Assembly (NCBI GenBank): GCA_016179745.1
Contig: JACPCP010000018.1
Coordinates: 9,258-73,257, forward strand
Length of the DNA: 64,000 bases
Reading direction: 5' to 3'
Source: Candidatus Omnitrophota bacterium
GTDB taxonomy: Bacteria; Omnitrophota; Omnitrophia; Omnitrophales; JACQLI01
In this document: positions 7,401 through 16,188 of the stretch, piece by piece
How the letters are laid out: every line of letters begins with the position of its first letter
How positions within the stretch are numbered: the stretch's first letter is position 1
The notes under the pieces: generated by a model
The model's database searches: none
Seen by the model: only the letters and a program-made list of their open reading frames with translations
What the model was told of the DNA's origin: nothing
Made by a program: the position numbers and the translations under genes

Positions 7401-10400
7401 GTCCGGACAAAGGCATCTTTAATCCTCCCATAAACGTCCCAATAGAGGAAATCCCAAACTCGTTGTGAAGTAACGATCAGGATGGCTGCGACAAGCGCAA
7501 CCGCGAAAATGAAGAAATAGCCGATTCCATTAAACACGAATGATGGTATTTCGAAAAAGGGTGTAGCCGGCGTTTGACCGGAGGGCCTGGTAGATTTTTC
7601 CCACGGGACCTCTTCACCCCGTTTTCTTGCCTCCAGTTCTTGCCGCAATCTTTCCAACTCATCTTTGATTTTTGCAATTTCCTCCGGCAGGACGAAGGGG
7701 ACCTCTCCCCCAAGGTTGACGACGAGCCTTGTGATCCGCAGTCGGACCTCGTCGGTCTTCTTCTGAAGCCGGTCGAGTTTCCGTTCCGCTTCAAAAGGGT
7801 CCTCTTCGGCGAGGAACTCATCGATGGCCCGAGCAATCTCCGCCAGCTCCGTATCCAGTTGGTTGAGTTCCGCCGCAAGCTTCTCGGCATCTCCCCCCCC
7901 AAGCTCAGGGACCAATTTAAGAAGTTCCAGAATGAGAGGGAGATCCTGCGCTTCCTCTTCCCTCAATTGTTCTTGATCCTCCAAGGGAGAGAGCTGTTTC
8001 CTCAGTTTGTCCCGGTTAGACTGGATTCGATCGCTCAGGCGAAGGGCTCGTTCCATAAGATCCTGCTTGTCGAGGGGCTGAGCTTCCTTGGGCGCAGATT
8101 TCTCGGGAGGGGTTTTGGGAAGGGGGGTGAGTCTCAACGGCCCCGGTTTCGGTTTTTCCTCCTGGAGAATCCGGCGGATTTCATCCACAATGTCTTTTAT
8201 GGAAACCTCTCGAACAACTTCTTCTTCGTTGACGATACGCACGCCCGGGCCCTTTCCATCCCGTTCCAGCCGGTCCAAGACCCACCGTATTAACTTTTCC
8301 CGTTCCGGTTGAGGAAGCTTACGGTAACGGCTTTCCAGTTCCTCGATCGCCTTTTCAAGTTCTTCCATATCTTTTTCGATCCCCGGCAGGTCCACTTCTT
8401 TCTCAATGATTTCTTCGATGACGCGTGTCAAAGTAACCGTGACTTCCGTGGGAATCGTTGCTGGCGAAACGGCGGGGGTTTCTTCTTCGGGGGCGAGTTC
8501 TGGAGGCGCCGGCTCCCTTTTTTCTTTTTCCGACAGATGGACCAACCGTTGTTTCAAGTCCCTTGCCCGCCTTAACAGCTCTTCTTTCTTGTTGTCAGGA
8601 GGCTGCCGACTTTCCACCGTAATCTCTTGCGGTTTCTCTTGGGAAGGAACGGCTTTTTCCGTGGGCTCCGGTTTTTCTCTGACGACTTGTTCCTCTCCAA
8701 GGGGTGGTTCGAGCAATTCGACAGGTTCTTGAGGTTTCAGGCCCTTCTCCGTCGTTTTTCCGGAAGCCTGCTTTTTCTCGACAACCCGCTTGCCCTCTTC
8801 CGCTACCAGCTCAAGGGCTTTAAATTCCTTCTTCAAGTCCTCTGGCAGAGGTTCTTCTTCCGGTCTGGGGGCCTCAATGGGTCTTGGCGTCAGCTTTTCT
8901 TTCTCCAGTTCGGGCATCACAACCAGCTCCCCTCCCTCCACCTCTTCCTCTGCTTCGGGTATTTCTCCAAAAAGCTGTCGGCGTAGCCGTTCCATTTCCT
9001 GTTCGACTTCCGAAATTCCTTTCGGGACTGAAACGGAAATCCTCCGCCCCTCATCAATGATCTCGACATCCAGGTCGAGGTCGTCGCTTAATCCCTCCAT
9101 CTTTTTCTTCAGGCGGTCCAGTTTTCGCCTCGCCTTTTTCTTGTTTTCCTCCGACACAATTTTGTCGACGTCGTTTTCAAGTTCCCCAAGAGCCTTTTCC
9201 ATTTTCTCAAGTTCTTTTTTCAGCGCCTCAGCATCTCTCCCGTCGAGATTGGGCACAAGCCGCACCACTTCAAAAATGAGGGTGATCGGGCCGTCCAGCA
9301 GGAACTCTTCTCCCTCCAGGGCCGGACTGCTATTCCGGAGCCTCTGTTTTTGCCGTTGGATCCGGTCGTATAAATCGAAGAGCCGATTCATGAGGTCTCT
9401 TTTTACCGCATCGTCGGGCGGGATCGGTTCGTGCCGGGGGCCCGCTTTTTGTTCGGTCGCCACGACCGTGGATTGGGGAGAGGGCTTGTTCAAAATTTGC
9501 TGTAGTGTTTCGCTTGTTCGTTTGGAAGCAATACACCCCGCCCCGCAGAGCACCGCCGCCGTAGCGGTCAAAAGCACCTTCTGAATCGTGCTCATTCGCG
9601 CTTCGGAGCGACTTTTTAGCTTCTCCAAGAGATTATTCAATTGGGTTTCAAAGCGAGTTGCACCCTCCTGGTTCCTCAGCTCCCGCACAAACTTGGTAAT
9701 TCGAGCGTCTGTGCTTAAATCCGGATTTCGAGTAATCGCCACCTCAAGTACGGAGATTGGATGCTCGAATCGCCAGAAAGGTCCCTCAAGATCCTTTAAT
9801 CGTGTGAGGTAATCCAGAAGGACATCAGGCCTTAACGTAGAGGAAACACTCGCATGGATAAACTGCTCCATGACTTCGCTTGCCCGGTTTCGAACCTCTA
9901 TCGAATTGTCTGGCGTCACCCGCTCCAGAATCTTATCCACTAATTCAGTGTCGATAAACCCGGCGGAAATCAAAAATGACCAGCCGACCAACTCTTCTTT
10001 CGCTCCCGTGTTCCCATCCAAAGCCTCCTCAACCAGGTGCACGACAAAGTCACGCGTCAATAGGACCCGCGTTGCGTGAGCAATGTAATCGACTAATTGA
10101 TCCCTGGCCTTTTTAGGGCGTTCGACCCCTGTTCCCGTAAGCCAGATGTCTTGAACGAGACCTAGCACAATCGAATTCAGCCGTGGTTCGTCATAACCGA
10201 GGACCGGACGCACCCTGCTCGCCAAAAAGGATTTGTTGACTTGCTCCTTGGAATGCACTTCCCTTAGAAAAGAGGCAAGCTTGTCAAACTTCTGATTCCC
10301 CCCGAGCTTTGCATACTGATGCAGCCAACCATCAATCTCCGGCTGTTTGCGCTTTGCCTCTGGCTCAGTCAGCTCTATGGACGAATCAATTCTAAATACC

Positions 10401-13400
10401 CTGACCCCCGCCCGCGCTTCGGAGCGGGAGGCTAGGGTTGGCGTCCAAGCTGGTTTAGCCCCCTTAACAACCCGGAAGATACCGTGGCTTTCAAGATTAT
10501 GACGGATTTGGTCGGTGATTTTTTTTTGTCCCCCTGGCGTTGAAGGATCGATCACACCAGTGTTTACAGCTTTGAGAAGAGCCTCGACTGTTTTCGCCGG
10601 TTTCTGGTCTTGGCCTAACGACACTTGCCGGAGTGAATAGAACTCGTCGGTGTCCGTATCAAATAAGAGGTGACCGTCTTTTAGCATTTCGAGGAGCCAT
10701 TTCCATTGTTGGGTGGTCTTGAGCTTGTTGCTGCCGGCTCTCACTAGCGCCTCGATGAGTTCCAAATTGTGCAGGAGGACGAGACGGTAGGTGTCGTGGC
10801 GGACCCCCCTGACCCGTTCTTCAATAATCTGGTCAGGCCGACTCAAAAGCTCCAGTAATTCCCCCGAGTCATTCAATCCCTCAAACAAGGGATCTGGACC
10901 GACTCTTTGAAGCTGTGCTTCGAGGCGTAGTTTCGAGCGTACCGCGGCGAGTCGCAACAGCTCGAAATAAAAAGACGGCTCTTGAAATTTTCCAAAGCTT
11001 CCAAGATCGTTGACATCCTCTACATCAAAAAGCACTCCTTGGCGATCATCCCATTCTGCGGGATTCCTCTTGGCGAGAAACTTAAATTGAGAAGCCGCTT
11101 GCTCTTCTGCGATGCGTACCGGGGGCGTTCGATAGCCCCCCCGATATGGTAGAAACGGGGTTGAAGTTAGAAGCAGAAAGAGTGGAATAAAGAAGACAAT
11201 CCAATTCCTTTTTAACTCCGGTTTTAACCTCGGCATCGCGTCGAAGAATCGTCTCGCAAAGGGAACTCTTTGGGAATCTCCTTTTTGGGTCGTGAGAGTG
11301 TCGTCTTCAAGATTCCGCGCTTCGGAGCGGCGGAGGTCCGTGGGCCACTGACTTATCTCCCCCGGAAACGGTCCGTAAAGTTGCATATCTTTTTCCCGCG
11401 GGTCAAAATCAATATTGGACAATGTCTCAAATGTCAGCATTGCACTCCCAGAATAACGTAAGAAAAGATGTGTTTTGTTGTTTATCTTCCCCAAATAGAC
11501 ATGGAGGTAGTAGTCTCCTCCGAACGAACGGTCCTTACCGAATAGTAAATCTCCTTCTTTTATAGATTCCAGGACACTTTCATCCGCTGACTGGCGTGGT
11601 TTCTCAGAGTGAAATTTATTAAGCTGCTCGATGAGCGGAAGGGCATTTTCCCGGAGGCCAGATCTAAGTTCTAGCTCCAGTTCGTTCCTTCGTGACTCTA
11701 TTTGATCGTCAGTGAGGCCCGGCTCGGCGGCGCGGGTATTCCTTGTTATCACAAGGGCCGTTAACACGCTCCAAAGCGTAAGGCCGTCTTTGCCTTTTAA
11801 AACTGATGTTTTCGTCTGGTATTCCCCTGTTTCAGGGTTCCGTATAGTCTTTTCCAATTGGAATCCACCAGGGTTGAGAATAGCTGAAAATACCTCCTTT
11901 GCCTCGAAAGTCAGTAGAGTTTCGTCTAACAGCACAGAAAGCGCGTTCGCGTGTTTTTCCAGTTGTGATGTTAGATCTTGACTCCGTGCTTCGGAGCGGA
12001 GGACAGGACCCTCTCCGAGGTCGCCGGTAAGTGTGTCGAGGGAAGTAGAAATTCCCAATTTTGCGATTTTCTGATTCACCTCGGCTAATGCCAAGGAGGC
12101 GGCGTCAGCTCCCTCTTGGGTAAACTCCTTTTTGGCGTTGTCCGCAATCATCTCGAGAATGGCCTGACCTGTAATGACAATTAACCTGTTTTCATCACCC
12201 GATCCTTTCATTGCCGTAAAGATTCTGTCCCTAAAAGTAGTGATGCCGGGAAATGGCCCTTCTGATTGTTTTGCATCGTCAATGGCATTCCGAATATAGC
12301 CCTCCCATTCTACTGCCAACTTTCCAAGGCCAATGGCGTGCTTCCTAATTTCCTTTGTCGCTTCAGGAAACTGACTGGCAAGCAAACCGTCGGTTTCCTC
12401 CTCCAACATTCCTTCTCGCAACCAATATTTTGCTACCTCCTCAATCCGCTGATTTGTCGGTACTTCTCTGGCCATTTGCACGAGGGCGTTAGCTTTCCGG
12501 AAGTACGCTTTGGCCGCGGACAGGATGGCTTTTTTGATAGACGGCGACTCTGCGTCTGGAACACTCCGCCCTAGCTCCTTACCAAATTCAGGAAAATTAC
12601 CATGTTTCTTTCTTATTTCTCGTAATGTGTTAGGAAGGTTTTCCCAGTTCACGCCTGAGGCGCCATTTTGGGCCTCTGCGTCTGACAAAAGTTTGTTGAT
12701 AGGGAACCCCAACTCGCTCATCTTATCCATAAAAGTCCGCCATGCCTGTTGTTCTATGAAATCCACGGGGACGATGGCAGTCGCCCGCGCTTCGGAGCGG
12801 AGAGCCTCGTCTGTTTGGTTTCGAGCCTCCGTAGCAGAAGATTCGATTTGGCCGATTTCGTCCAAGAGCTCATCCGGAGATCTTTGAGAAGAGACAAGCG
12901 GTTTTGTCAAGAAAATAGAATCGAGAAGTTCTTCAAGCACGACAAGGGCCCTTGTGGCATCGCCCGATTCAAGGAGGCGCGCGGCTTCCTCGGATCGTTC
13001 CTTAAGCTCGGCCAGTTTCTGGCTTAATTCCAGGCTCTCTCTCGGGGCCAGCGCAATTGCCTGGTCAATTTTGGGCAAGACCTCCTCTTTAAGCGCCGTT
13101 AGCGCTTCCTCCGATTCAGTCGCCCGCGCTTCGGAGCGGTCAGGGAAGAGCTGGGGGAAATCGGTTTGAAGGGAAGCGATTGCCGAGGAGACTTCTTCCG
13201 GGACCTGGATGGGATCCATGAATCCTTGTTCGGCATAACCAGGGAATCTGCGGATTTCGTCAATCCCTTTTTGAATCTCCAGGATCGCCGTTGCCTGATT
13301 GAGAGAGGAGGCGGTGAGGCGAAAGGGACTTAAACTTACCACTTTCCGGATTCCGATTTTAGACAGTGATCTACCCTCGTTAAATTGTTTAACCAGTGAG

Positions 13401-15949
13401 CGGCCGCCCCGTTTTTGAGCCCGGCCGTTTTGAAGAAGGAGGATCGTTGCATCGTCTCTCAGGCGCCCCTCCTTGCGGAGCTCATCGACGATTTCCCTTA
13501 CATATCTTGTGTTTTCGCCCGTATTGGTTGCCTTGAGCTCAGGAATTATGTTTTCCGCACCGACGCCGGCTTTTAACATTTGGTCGGCAAAAAATTCTGC
13601 TTCAGGCACCTCAGTCTCAACGCCTTGTTTTAAAAGAGTGAAGGGGCGATACCACTCAGGCCGCTTTACAGGGCCCCGGCCGCTCGGGACAATAATGACA
13701 TCAGGGTTTTTGTCCTGCGCCTTCTTTGCGATCTTTGCAGCACCCTCGGCCGCCTCCCGATAACTTGAACCGAAAACGATGACAAGATCAAAAGGCCCTT
13801 CCTGAATCCAGCTTTCTCCTTCAAGAGGTTTCCACTTGTCGGTTTTCACGTCATAGACTTCCCTGGCCGCAAGAAAGTCAAAGAGGACCTGGGCGTTTTC
13901 GTCTAGGGCTTCTCTCTGTTCTGTTGCGGGCCCGGTTTGAGTAAAGTGACGGAGTTCGGAGCGGGAGAGGGGGAGTGCGACGGGAGCCGGGACAAAGGAT
14001 TCTTGAACCAGCCGGCTGGTTCCAATGGCAAAGCCCAGGGGTTTCCCGTCCAAAATGGGAATGAGCCGGTCTCCCTCCGGGTTCAATCGGAGCTCAGCCC
14101 TGCGGTCGGTTCCATACAAGCTCTGGCTGAAATTTGATGCGAATTTCCCCGCAGAGATTTTCTTTTCATGGGCCACAGTCGCCAGCCCCTCCAGAACGAC
14201 CCGGAGTTCACTTCGCTGCTTTGCCTGACGGGTGCTTGGGGTCCACATTCGGCCGAACCGAACTTCGGCAGGCTGAAAATGAGCCGCATCATCAAGGTTG
14301 GCCGTATCGAAAGCGGTTTTCTTTTCGCCGAGGAGGGCAGAGACGTAGTCCTCGGAATTGACCTTCTCCGTGATGTGGGGGGTCAGGATGGTGTAAGGAA
14401 TCTGCTTTTCACGAAACGTGTGAGAAAGGCCGGCCGTGTGGAAGCCGCCGGTGATGAGGATGGTAATTCCCCTCATCCTAGCCCTCTCCCCCTTGGGGGG
14501 AGAGGGGAGGGGTGAGGGGGAGGTAAGGATTTTTTCCACCATCGTCTCTTCACGCTGTTTGGCGAGTTCGTAAAACCGGAGGGCCTCCCCGAAGATCGAT
14601 TCCAGCGTGTCGGAGTTGGAGGGAACCAGCTTCCTTTTTCCAAGCGGCGTTCTCTCGTGGAGCGCCTCCAGTTCTACGAGAAAACGAATCAGCGGCCGCT
14701 CGTCCGGATTTTCGGTTTGGACTTTGGCGTAATCTTTTGGCGTGAGCTCCAAATCAAACAATCTTTCATAAAGCCTTTCCTTATGGACGAGCCCGACAAA
14801 CTTTTTGTCCTCTGCCTCACCGGAGACGGCGGACATGATTTTGTCAAAAAGCCTTTCGATTTCTTCAAAGAGCCTCCCGGCCTCGAGTTCACTCTGGAGA
14901 ATGGCGGCTTCGAGGTAGCGGGTGAAATCGGGATACTGCTCGAAGGCAAACCCTTTTTCGAGCGTGGCCCCGACAAGGCGTTCGGCGAGATAGCGGGGGA
15001 GATCGTTTCTCCGGAAGCCCGGGTCATAAACCATCCCTGATTGATAAGGAGAGAAGGAGAGATTTTCAAAACCTTCGACGAGGTCCCGATCGAGACCGAA
15101 GCTCTTTAGGGAACCCACGAGATTTTGCCGGTCCGCCTGCACTTTTTCGGGGTTGAGCTTCGCCTCGATTTCCTGCAGGCGGAGGAGCCGGATCATCTGG
15201 GGCCAATCGAGCTGGCTTTCAAAGTAGCGGATGTCGATGCCGAGGATCGACCGGGCCGCCCGCTCCAATTCCAGCGCATAGGAGAGGAGCTCCATCTGGC
15301 CCGAGTCAAAGGCCTCTCTTGAGCGGAGGAGTTTACGGGCCTCCTTTTCAAGAAGCAGGGTTTCAAGACGGTCGAGAGAGCCCCGGAGGCCCTTTGTGAA
15401 TTGGGCGGTGGCGGGCCGCTGGCGCATCACATATTGAAAGCTGGTGAGGTTCCTCTGGTAAAGCGCCGGGTCTTCGATTCCGTAAGCGGGGATGTCCCTT
15501 GTCGACTCGACCAGGAAAAGCTCGGCGCCGGTGAGCTCGCCCTTTTCGACGAGTTTCTCGGCGACACGCACGTTCAGGCGGTTGTCTTCAAAAAATCGGA
15601 AGTAATCGGGATTTAGCTTCTCGCCCGCACCTTCGATGAACATCGAATCAATGCCGTATTTCTCGTCGAGGAACTTCAGCAGGGCGTAGATTTTTTTCTG
15701 AGTTTCGGGATGAGAGTGGACGCTTTGAATATGAATGAGAGGAGGCGCTGAACCCTTTTGGTGATCCGGGATAAAGGCCTCTTCGATTTTCGCCAGCTCA
15801 GAGGGAATCCCCAGAGGAACGAAGGAAGAAACCATCGGAAGGCCCTCCGGCTGGGCCAATACCACAGGCGAAGGGATCAGCAGGGAGGCGAAGAAACAGA
15901 CCGCCACCGAGCCCGCTACAAACTTTTCACATAGCTTAAGTAACCGCAT
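4457..15949 (-). CDS. Giant modular secreted/membrane-associated protein 1 (3830 aa), punctuated by RSEAR motifs
   Basis: Uninterrupted ORF from ATG 15947-15949 to TAA 4457-4459. It has an N-terminal signal-like segment (VAVCFFASLLIPSPVVLAQP), internal TM segments, coiled-coil regions and a DUF218 module. It ends in ...IWRSA. Confidence 0.8.
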   Translation of the reverse strand: MRLLKLCEKFVAGSVAVCFFASLLIPSPVVLAQPEGLPMVSSFVPLGIPSELAKIEEAFIPDHQKGSAPPLIHIQSVHSHPETQKKIYALLKFLDEKYGIDSMFIEGAGEKLNPDYFRFFEDNRLNVRVAEKLVEKGELTGAELFLVESTRDIPAYGIEDPALYQRNLTSFQYVMRQRPATAQFTKGLRGSLDRLETLLLEKEARKLLRSREAFDSGQMELLSYALELERAARSILGIDIRYFESQLDWPQMIRLLRLQEIEAKLNPEKVQADRQNLVGSLKSFGLDRDLVEGFENLSFSPYQSGMVYDPGFRRNDLPRYLAERLVGATLEKGFAFEQYPDFTRYLEAAILQSELEAGRLFEEIERLFDKIMSAVSGEAEDKKFVGLVHKERLYERLFDLELTPKDYAKVQTENPDERPLIRFLVELEALHERTPLGKRKLVPSNSDTLESIFGEALRFYELAKQREETMVEKILTSPSPLPSPPKGERARMRGITILITGGFHTAGLSHTFREKQIPYTILTPHITEKVNSEDYVSALLGEKKTAFDTANLDDAAHFQPAEVRFGRMWTPSTRQAKQRSELRVVLEGLATVAHEKKISAGKFASNFSQSLYGTDRRAELRLNPEGDRLIPILDGKPLGFAIGTSRLVQESFVPAPVALPLSRSELRHFTQTGPATEQREALDENAQVLFDFLAAREVYDVKTDKWKPLEGESWIQEGPFDLVIVFGSSYREAAEGAAKIAKKAQDKNPDVIIVPSGRGPVKRPEWYRPFTLLKQGVETEVPEAEFFADQMLKAGVGAENIIPELKATNTGENTRYVREIVDELRKEGRLRDDATILLLQNGRAQKRGGRSLVKQFNEGRSLSKIGIRKVVSLSPFRLTASSLNQATAILEIQKGIDEIRRFPGYAEQGFMDPIQVPEEVSSAIASLQTDFPQLFPDRSEARATESEEALTALKEEVLPKIDQAIALAPRESLELSQKLAELKERSEEAARLLESGDATRALVVLEELLDSIFLTKPLVSSQRSPDELLDEIGQIESSATEARNQTDEALRSEARATAIVPVDFIEQQAWRTFMDKMSELGFPINKLLSDAEAQNGASGVNWENLPNTLREIRKKHGNFPEFGKELGRSVPDAESPSIKKAILSAAKAYFRKANALVQMAREVPTNQRIEEVAKYWLREGMLEEETDGLLASQFPEATKEIRKHAIGLGKLAVEWEGYIRNAIDDAKQSEGPFPGITTFRDRIFTAMKGSGDENRLIVITGQAILEMIADNAKKEFTQEGADAASLALAEVNQKIAKLGISTSLDTLTGDLGEGPVLRSEARSQDLTSQLEKHANALSVLLDETLLTFEAKEVFSAILNPGGFQLEKTIRNPETGEYQTKTSVLKGKDGLTLWSVLTALVITRNTRAAEPGLTDDQIESRRNELELELRSGLRENALPLIEQLNKFHSEKPRQSADESVLESIKEGDLLFGKDRSFGGDYYLHVYLGKINNKTHLFLRYSGSAMLTFETLSNIDFDPREKDMQLYGPFPGEISQWPTDLRRSEARNLEDDTLTTQKGDSQRVPFARRFFDAMPRLKPELKRNWIVFFIPLFLLLTSTPFLPYRGGYRTPPVRIAEEQAASQFKFLAKRNPAEWDDRQGVLFDVEDVNDLGSFGKFQEPSFYFELLRLAAVRSKLRLEAQLQRVGPDPLFEGLNDSGELLELLSRPDQIIEERVRGVRHDTYRLVLLHNLELIEALVRAGSNKLKTTQQWKWLLEMLKDGHLLFDTDTDEFYSLRQVSLGQDQKPAKTVEALLKAVNTGVIDPSTPGGQKKITDQIRHNLESHGIFRVVKGAKPAWTPTLASRSEARAGVRVFRIDSSIELTEPEAKRKQPEIDGWLHQYAKLGGNQKFDKLASFLREVHSKEQVNKSFLASRVRPVLGYDEPRLNSIVLGLVQDIWLTGTGVERPKKARDQLVDYIAHATRVLLTRDFVVHLVEEALDGNTGAKEELVGWSFLISAGFIDTELVDKILERVTPDNSIEVRNRASEVMEQFIHASVSSTLRPDVLLDYLTRLKDLEGPFWRFEHPISVLEVAITRNPDLSTDARITKFVRELRNQEGATRFETQLNNLLEKLKSRSEARMSTIQKVLLTATAAVLCGAGCIASKRTSETLQQILNKPSPQSTVVATEQKAGPRHEPIPPDDAVKRDLMNRLFDLYDRIQRQKQRLRNSSPALEGEEFLLDGPITLIFEVVRLVPNLDGRDAEALKKELEKMEKALGELENDVDKIVSEENKKKARRKLDRLKKKMEGLSDDLDLDVEIIDEGRRISVSVPKGISEVEQEMERLRRQLFGEIPEAEEEVEGGELVVMPELEKEKLTPRPIEAPRPEEEPLPEDLKKEFKALELVAEEGKRVVEKKQASGKTTEKGLKPQEPVELLEPPLGEEQVVREKPEPTEKAVPSQEKPQEITVESRQPPDNKKEELLRRARDLKQRLVHLSEKEKREPAPPELAPEEETPAVSPATIPTEVTVTLTRVIEEIIEKEVDLPGIEKDMEELEKAIEELESRYRKLPQPEREKLIRWVLDRLERDGKGPGVRIVNEEEVVREVSIKDIVDEIRRILQEEKPKPGPLRLTPLPKTPPEKSAPKEAQPLDKQDLMERALRLSDRIQSNRDKLRKQLSPLEDQEQLREEEAQDLPLILELLKLVPELGGGDAEKLAAELNQLDTELAEIARAIDEFLAEEDPFEAERKLDRLQKKTDEVRLRITRLVVNLGGEVPFVLPEEIAKIKDELERLRQELEARKRGEEVPWEKSTRPSGQTPATPFFEIPSFVFNGIGYFFIFAVALVAAILIVTSQRVWDFLYWDVYGRIKDAFVRTVFWVKEQFEGFLYWISKSYRPRVIGEIVTFYSPDAPGIPYSSSETADYLSLQDGRIRSIYGGLSFLEKMTNSLTQQGLGLSFFDEMRREASAIKSAYESVFYQIDALLEENGLLLTESAFRRLVNSNDDRSDELRRLFGLQKSEAYSLLGSPVPAFLKALTNRLEELNRLTDEFERKFEAALPSFRDAEIRRAKSNSLWQLSLAEIAKSDSWDTKYERLLIEAELNLGAFASGLNEAQAKISPVRENMGEWRALQWGALSRLALLQRRLRGTHPELSDQLKPIIDHLSSPRSEARAAESKTSRVRFEKRADGSRVVTLKDVTLTAPASPSTNLSWKLRALRFPVTGSTDSDSLTLFSSLGDFANQDRIGAALPVDIIHLKDLSVGLPQDKKTFTGVLQASLEKQGRPVPAIQASRTGSDVKIHFDSIQIPVPPDKPEALTRALRAFGVPEETLNKVRAQFKEVETLATVIANALPRSEARQQKPGKEVQPLTRFYAQSLLLIDWVRRIVQAMQESRKKGGILPSEPLIPMDLFDPVEREAALLAAQGIGQRELMDQLLHPKPDTKSFRLIQKALKALGIKLGAEFDLQRDLPQKSEALKTVRKLSESLSKKDLPESRSELRDEGPLAVESAGLLTSPEQLEKMIGQSAGVVRLESPAGKIFVGKTRPFVKPRGAALILPGLNQLALQIPAGFFPEGWSASNALSLVINIANVTEGIEIFDPRINDELPELAHAMILALRENEARNLGIQEQIDEVRPSPKTPFGAQLVKGENRPARSAVFLEGVPTVEETVARLSPALLLGGNVHVTLVIPYGVPADPVRLESLRQEIGKILGSLGGSKKVEILQPIQPGPDGVAQLISEMSDQYEKWAAAQPGAYIEPEFAINVPGALRSELGIDEALQKIRGKKPIVFIERFSGLLEKSRAALLAAKHSQDALPANLLRGFRQEGRFVIVEKENLDQFVPADQYERAFKALLQIWRSA
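6530..9595 (-). other. Module of giant ORF 1: Met plus hydrophobic anchor, E/K-rich coiled coils with an internal ~110-aa duplication, then a second TM segment
   Basis: The module starts MSTIQKVLLTATAAVLCGAGCIASK immediately after RSEAR. It contains the repeated unit ...DRIQ..R..LR...LVP.L.G.DAE.L...RKLDRL.KK (about 9061-9415 and about 7730-8080). A TM segment GIGYFFIFAVALVAAILIV follows. Confidence 0.6.
13139..13948 (-). other. DUF218 (YdcF/ElyC-like) module of giant ORF 1
   Basis: DLVIVFGSS...IIVPSGRG...EAEFFADQMLKAGVGAENIIPELKATNTGENTRYV follows the DUF218 signature order. The module is bounded by RSELR (13949) and RSEAR (13124). Confidence 0.6.
14360..15949 (-). other. Signal peptide plus TraB/GumN/Tiki-like N-terminal domain (paralogous to the N-terminus of giant ORF 2)
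   Basis: IHIQSVHSHPE...YGIDSMFIEGAGEKLNP...YGIEDPALY...ILITGGFHTAG (GGFH at 14438-14449) is colinear with the same motifs in giant ORF 2. The fold assignment is tentative. Confidence 0.4.
14469..14520. repeat. Palindromic element family A, copy 2 (in frame in giant ORF 1)
   Basis: Sequence is cccctcatcctagccctctccccc ttg gggggagagggg aggggtgaggggg. It encodes SPSPLPSPPKGERARMRG. This stretch is absent at the homologous point of giant ORF 2 (...KSQTAIVLAGGFH). Confidence 0.8.
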
Positions 15950-16120
15950 TTTAAAAAAAGTGAACCTCGATTTTTGGAACCCCTTTCACTGGAACGACTA
16001 AAGAATACCCGACTCAGACCCTTCTGTCAAATAGTCACAAACAGCCTCGAGCCTTGACTCCTGAAGGGGTTCCGTGTATATTGAAACCCCATTGTTTTCA
16101 AAGGGATATGGAAAAGAAGC

Positions 16121-16147
16121 GATAAGTGATAAGCGGTAAGGGATAAG
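16121..16147. repeat. Tandem heptamer repeat (GATAAGY-like, about 4 units)
   Basis: gataagt gataagc ggtaagg gataag lies upstream of the cysC RBS. The same heptamer family flanks the IVS-protein pseudogene at 24069-24396. Confidence 0.7.
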
Positions 16148-16188
16148 TCAGAAAGAAGCAAAAAACGGAAAAAGATAAGGAGGAGGGC

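Larger units (their letters stand above)
5537..13963 (-). repeat. Array of in-frame RSEAR/RSELR-encoding 15-mers in giant ORF 1
   Basis: RSEAR sits at plus-strand positions 5960, 6515, 9596, 10412, 11315, 11984, 12785 and 13124 (each 15 nt; five are exactly ccgcgcttcggagcg). RSELR sits at 5537 and 13949. All were checked to be in the ORF frame. Confidence 0.9.

Noticed and set aside
8790-9584. 264-aa Ser-rich plus-strand ORF, plus neighbours at 7574-8293, 8406-8732 and 8627-8986.
   Set aside because: These are antisense shadows of the Glu/Lys/Leu-rich coiled-coil region of giant ORF 1. They are low-complexity Ser/Phe-rich translations with no start context and no recognisable motifs.
9521-9595. 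Lipoprotein lipobox in MSTIQKVLLTATAAVLCGAGC.
   Set aside because: Neither Cys has a canonical [LVI][ASTVI][GAS]C context (AVL-C and GAG-C). It is recorded only as a signal/anchor-like segment.
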